From the NCBI RefSeq assembly GCF_963921235.1, contig NC_086097.1:191520001-191584000 (forward strand): DNA of 64,000 bases, in the 5' to 3' direction. Origin of the DNA: Mobula hypostoma (Eukaryota). Shown here piece after piece: positions 63,898 to 64,000 of the stretch. Under the pieces are notes generated by a model that was given only the letters and a program-made list of their open reading frames with translations, ran no database searches and had not been told where the DNA came from. Position 1 is the first letter of the stretch. Every line of letters begins with the position of its first letter. The position numbers were made by a program, and so were the translations under genes.

Positions 63898-64000
63898 GAT
63901 ATTAACTGATGAATTTCCCTAATACTACCTCAATGTACTGATGTGATGTATGGATGGTATGCAAAACAAAGTTTTTCACAGTACATGTGACAAAAATAAA

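Overview
This is eukaryotic, almost certainly vertebrate, DNA and consists almost entirely of transposable elements. The repeat content (CR1 LINEs, V-SINEs, abundant Penelope-like 3' ends) suggests a cartilaginous fish, which is an inference. I could not identify a host protein-coding exon. Best-supported contents: (1) a complete, young Ty3/Gypsy provirus of the CsRN1/Kabuki type at 18955-23159 (195-bp LTRs differing at 2 positions, AGGC target duplication, tRNA-Trp PBS, CHCC gag motif, three small disablements); (2) a near full-length CR1 LINE nested inside an IR/DR-type Tc1 transposon; (3) several more CR1 copies; (4) many Penelope-like (GIY-YIG) fragments whose 3' UTR carries a minimal type I hammerhead ribozyme motif, intact twice and decayed about nine times; (5) MITEs and SINEs. 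The least explained segment is about 23490-24550, where a higher-order minisatellite, a tRNA-Glu(CTC)-like sequence and a perfect 40-bp inverted repeat sit together in a probable solo LTR. Nothing here is demonstrably a wholly new system. Family assignments come from reading motifs by eye, and coordinates of degenerate elements are approximate.
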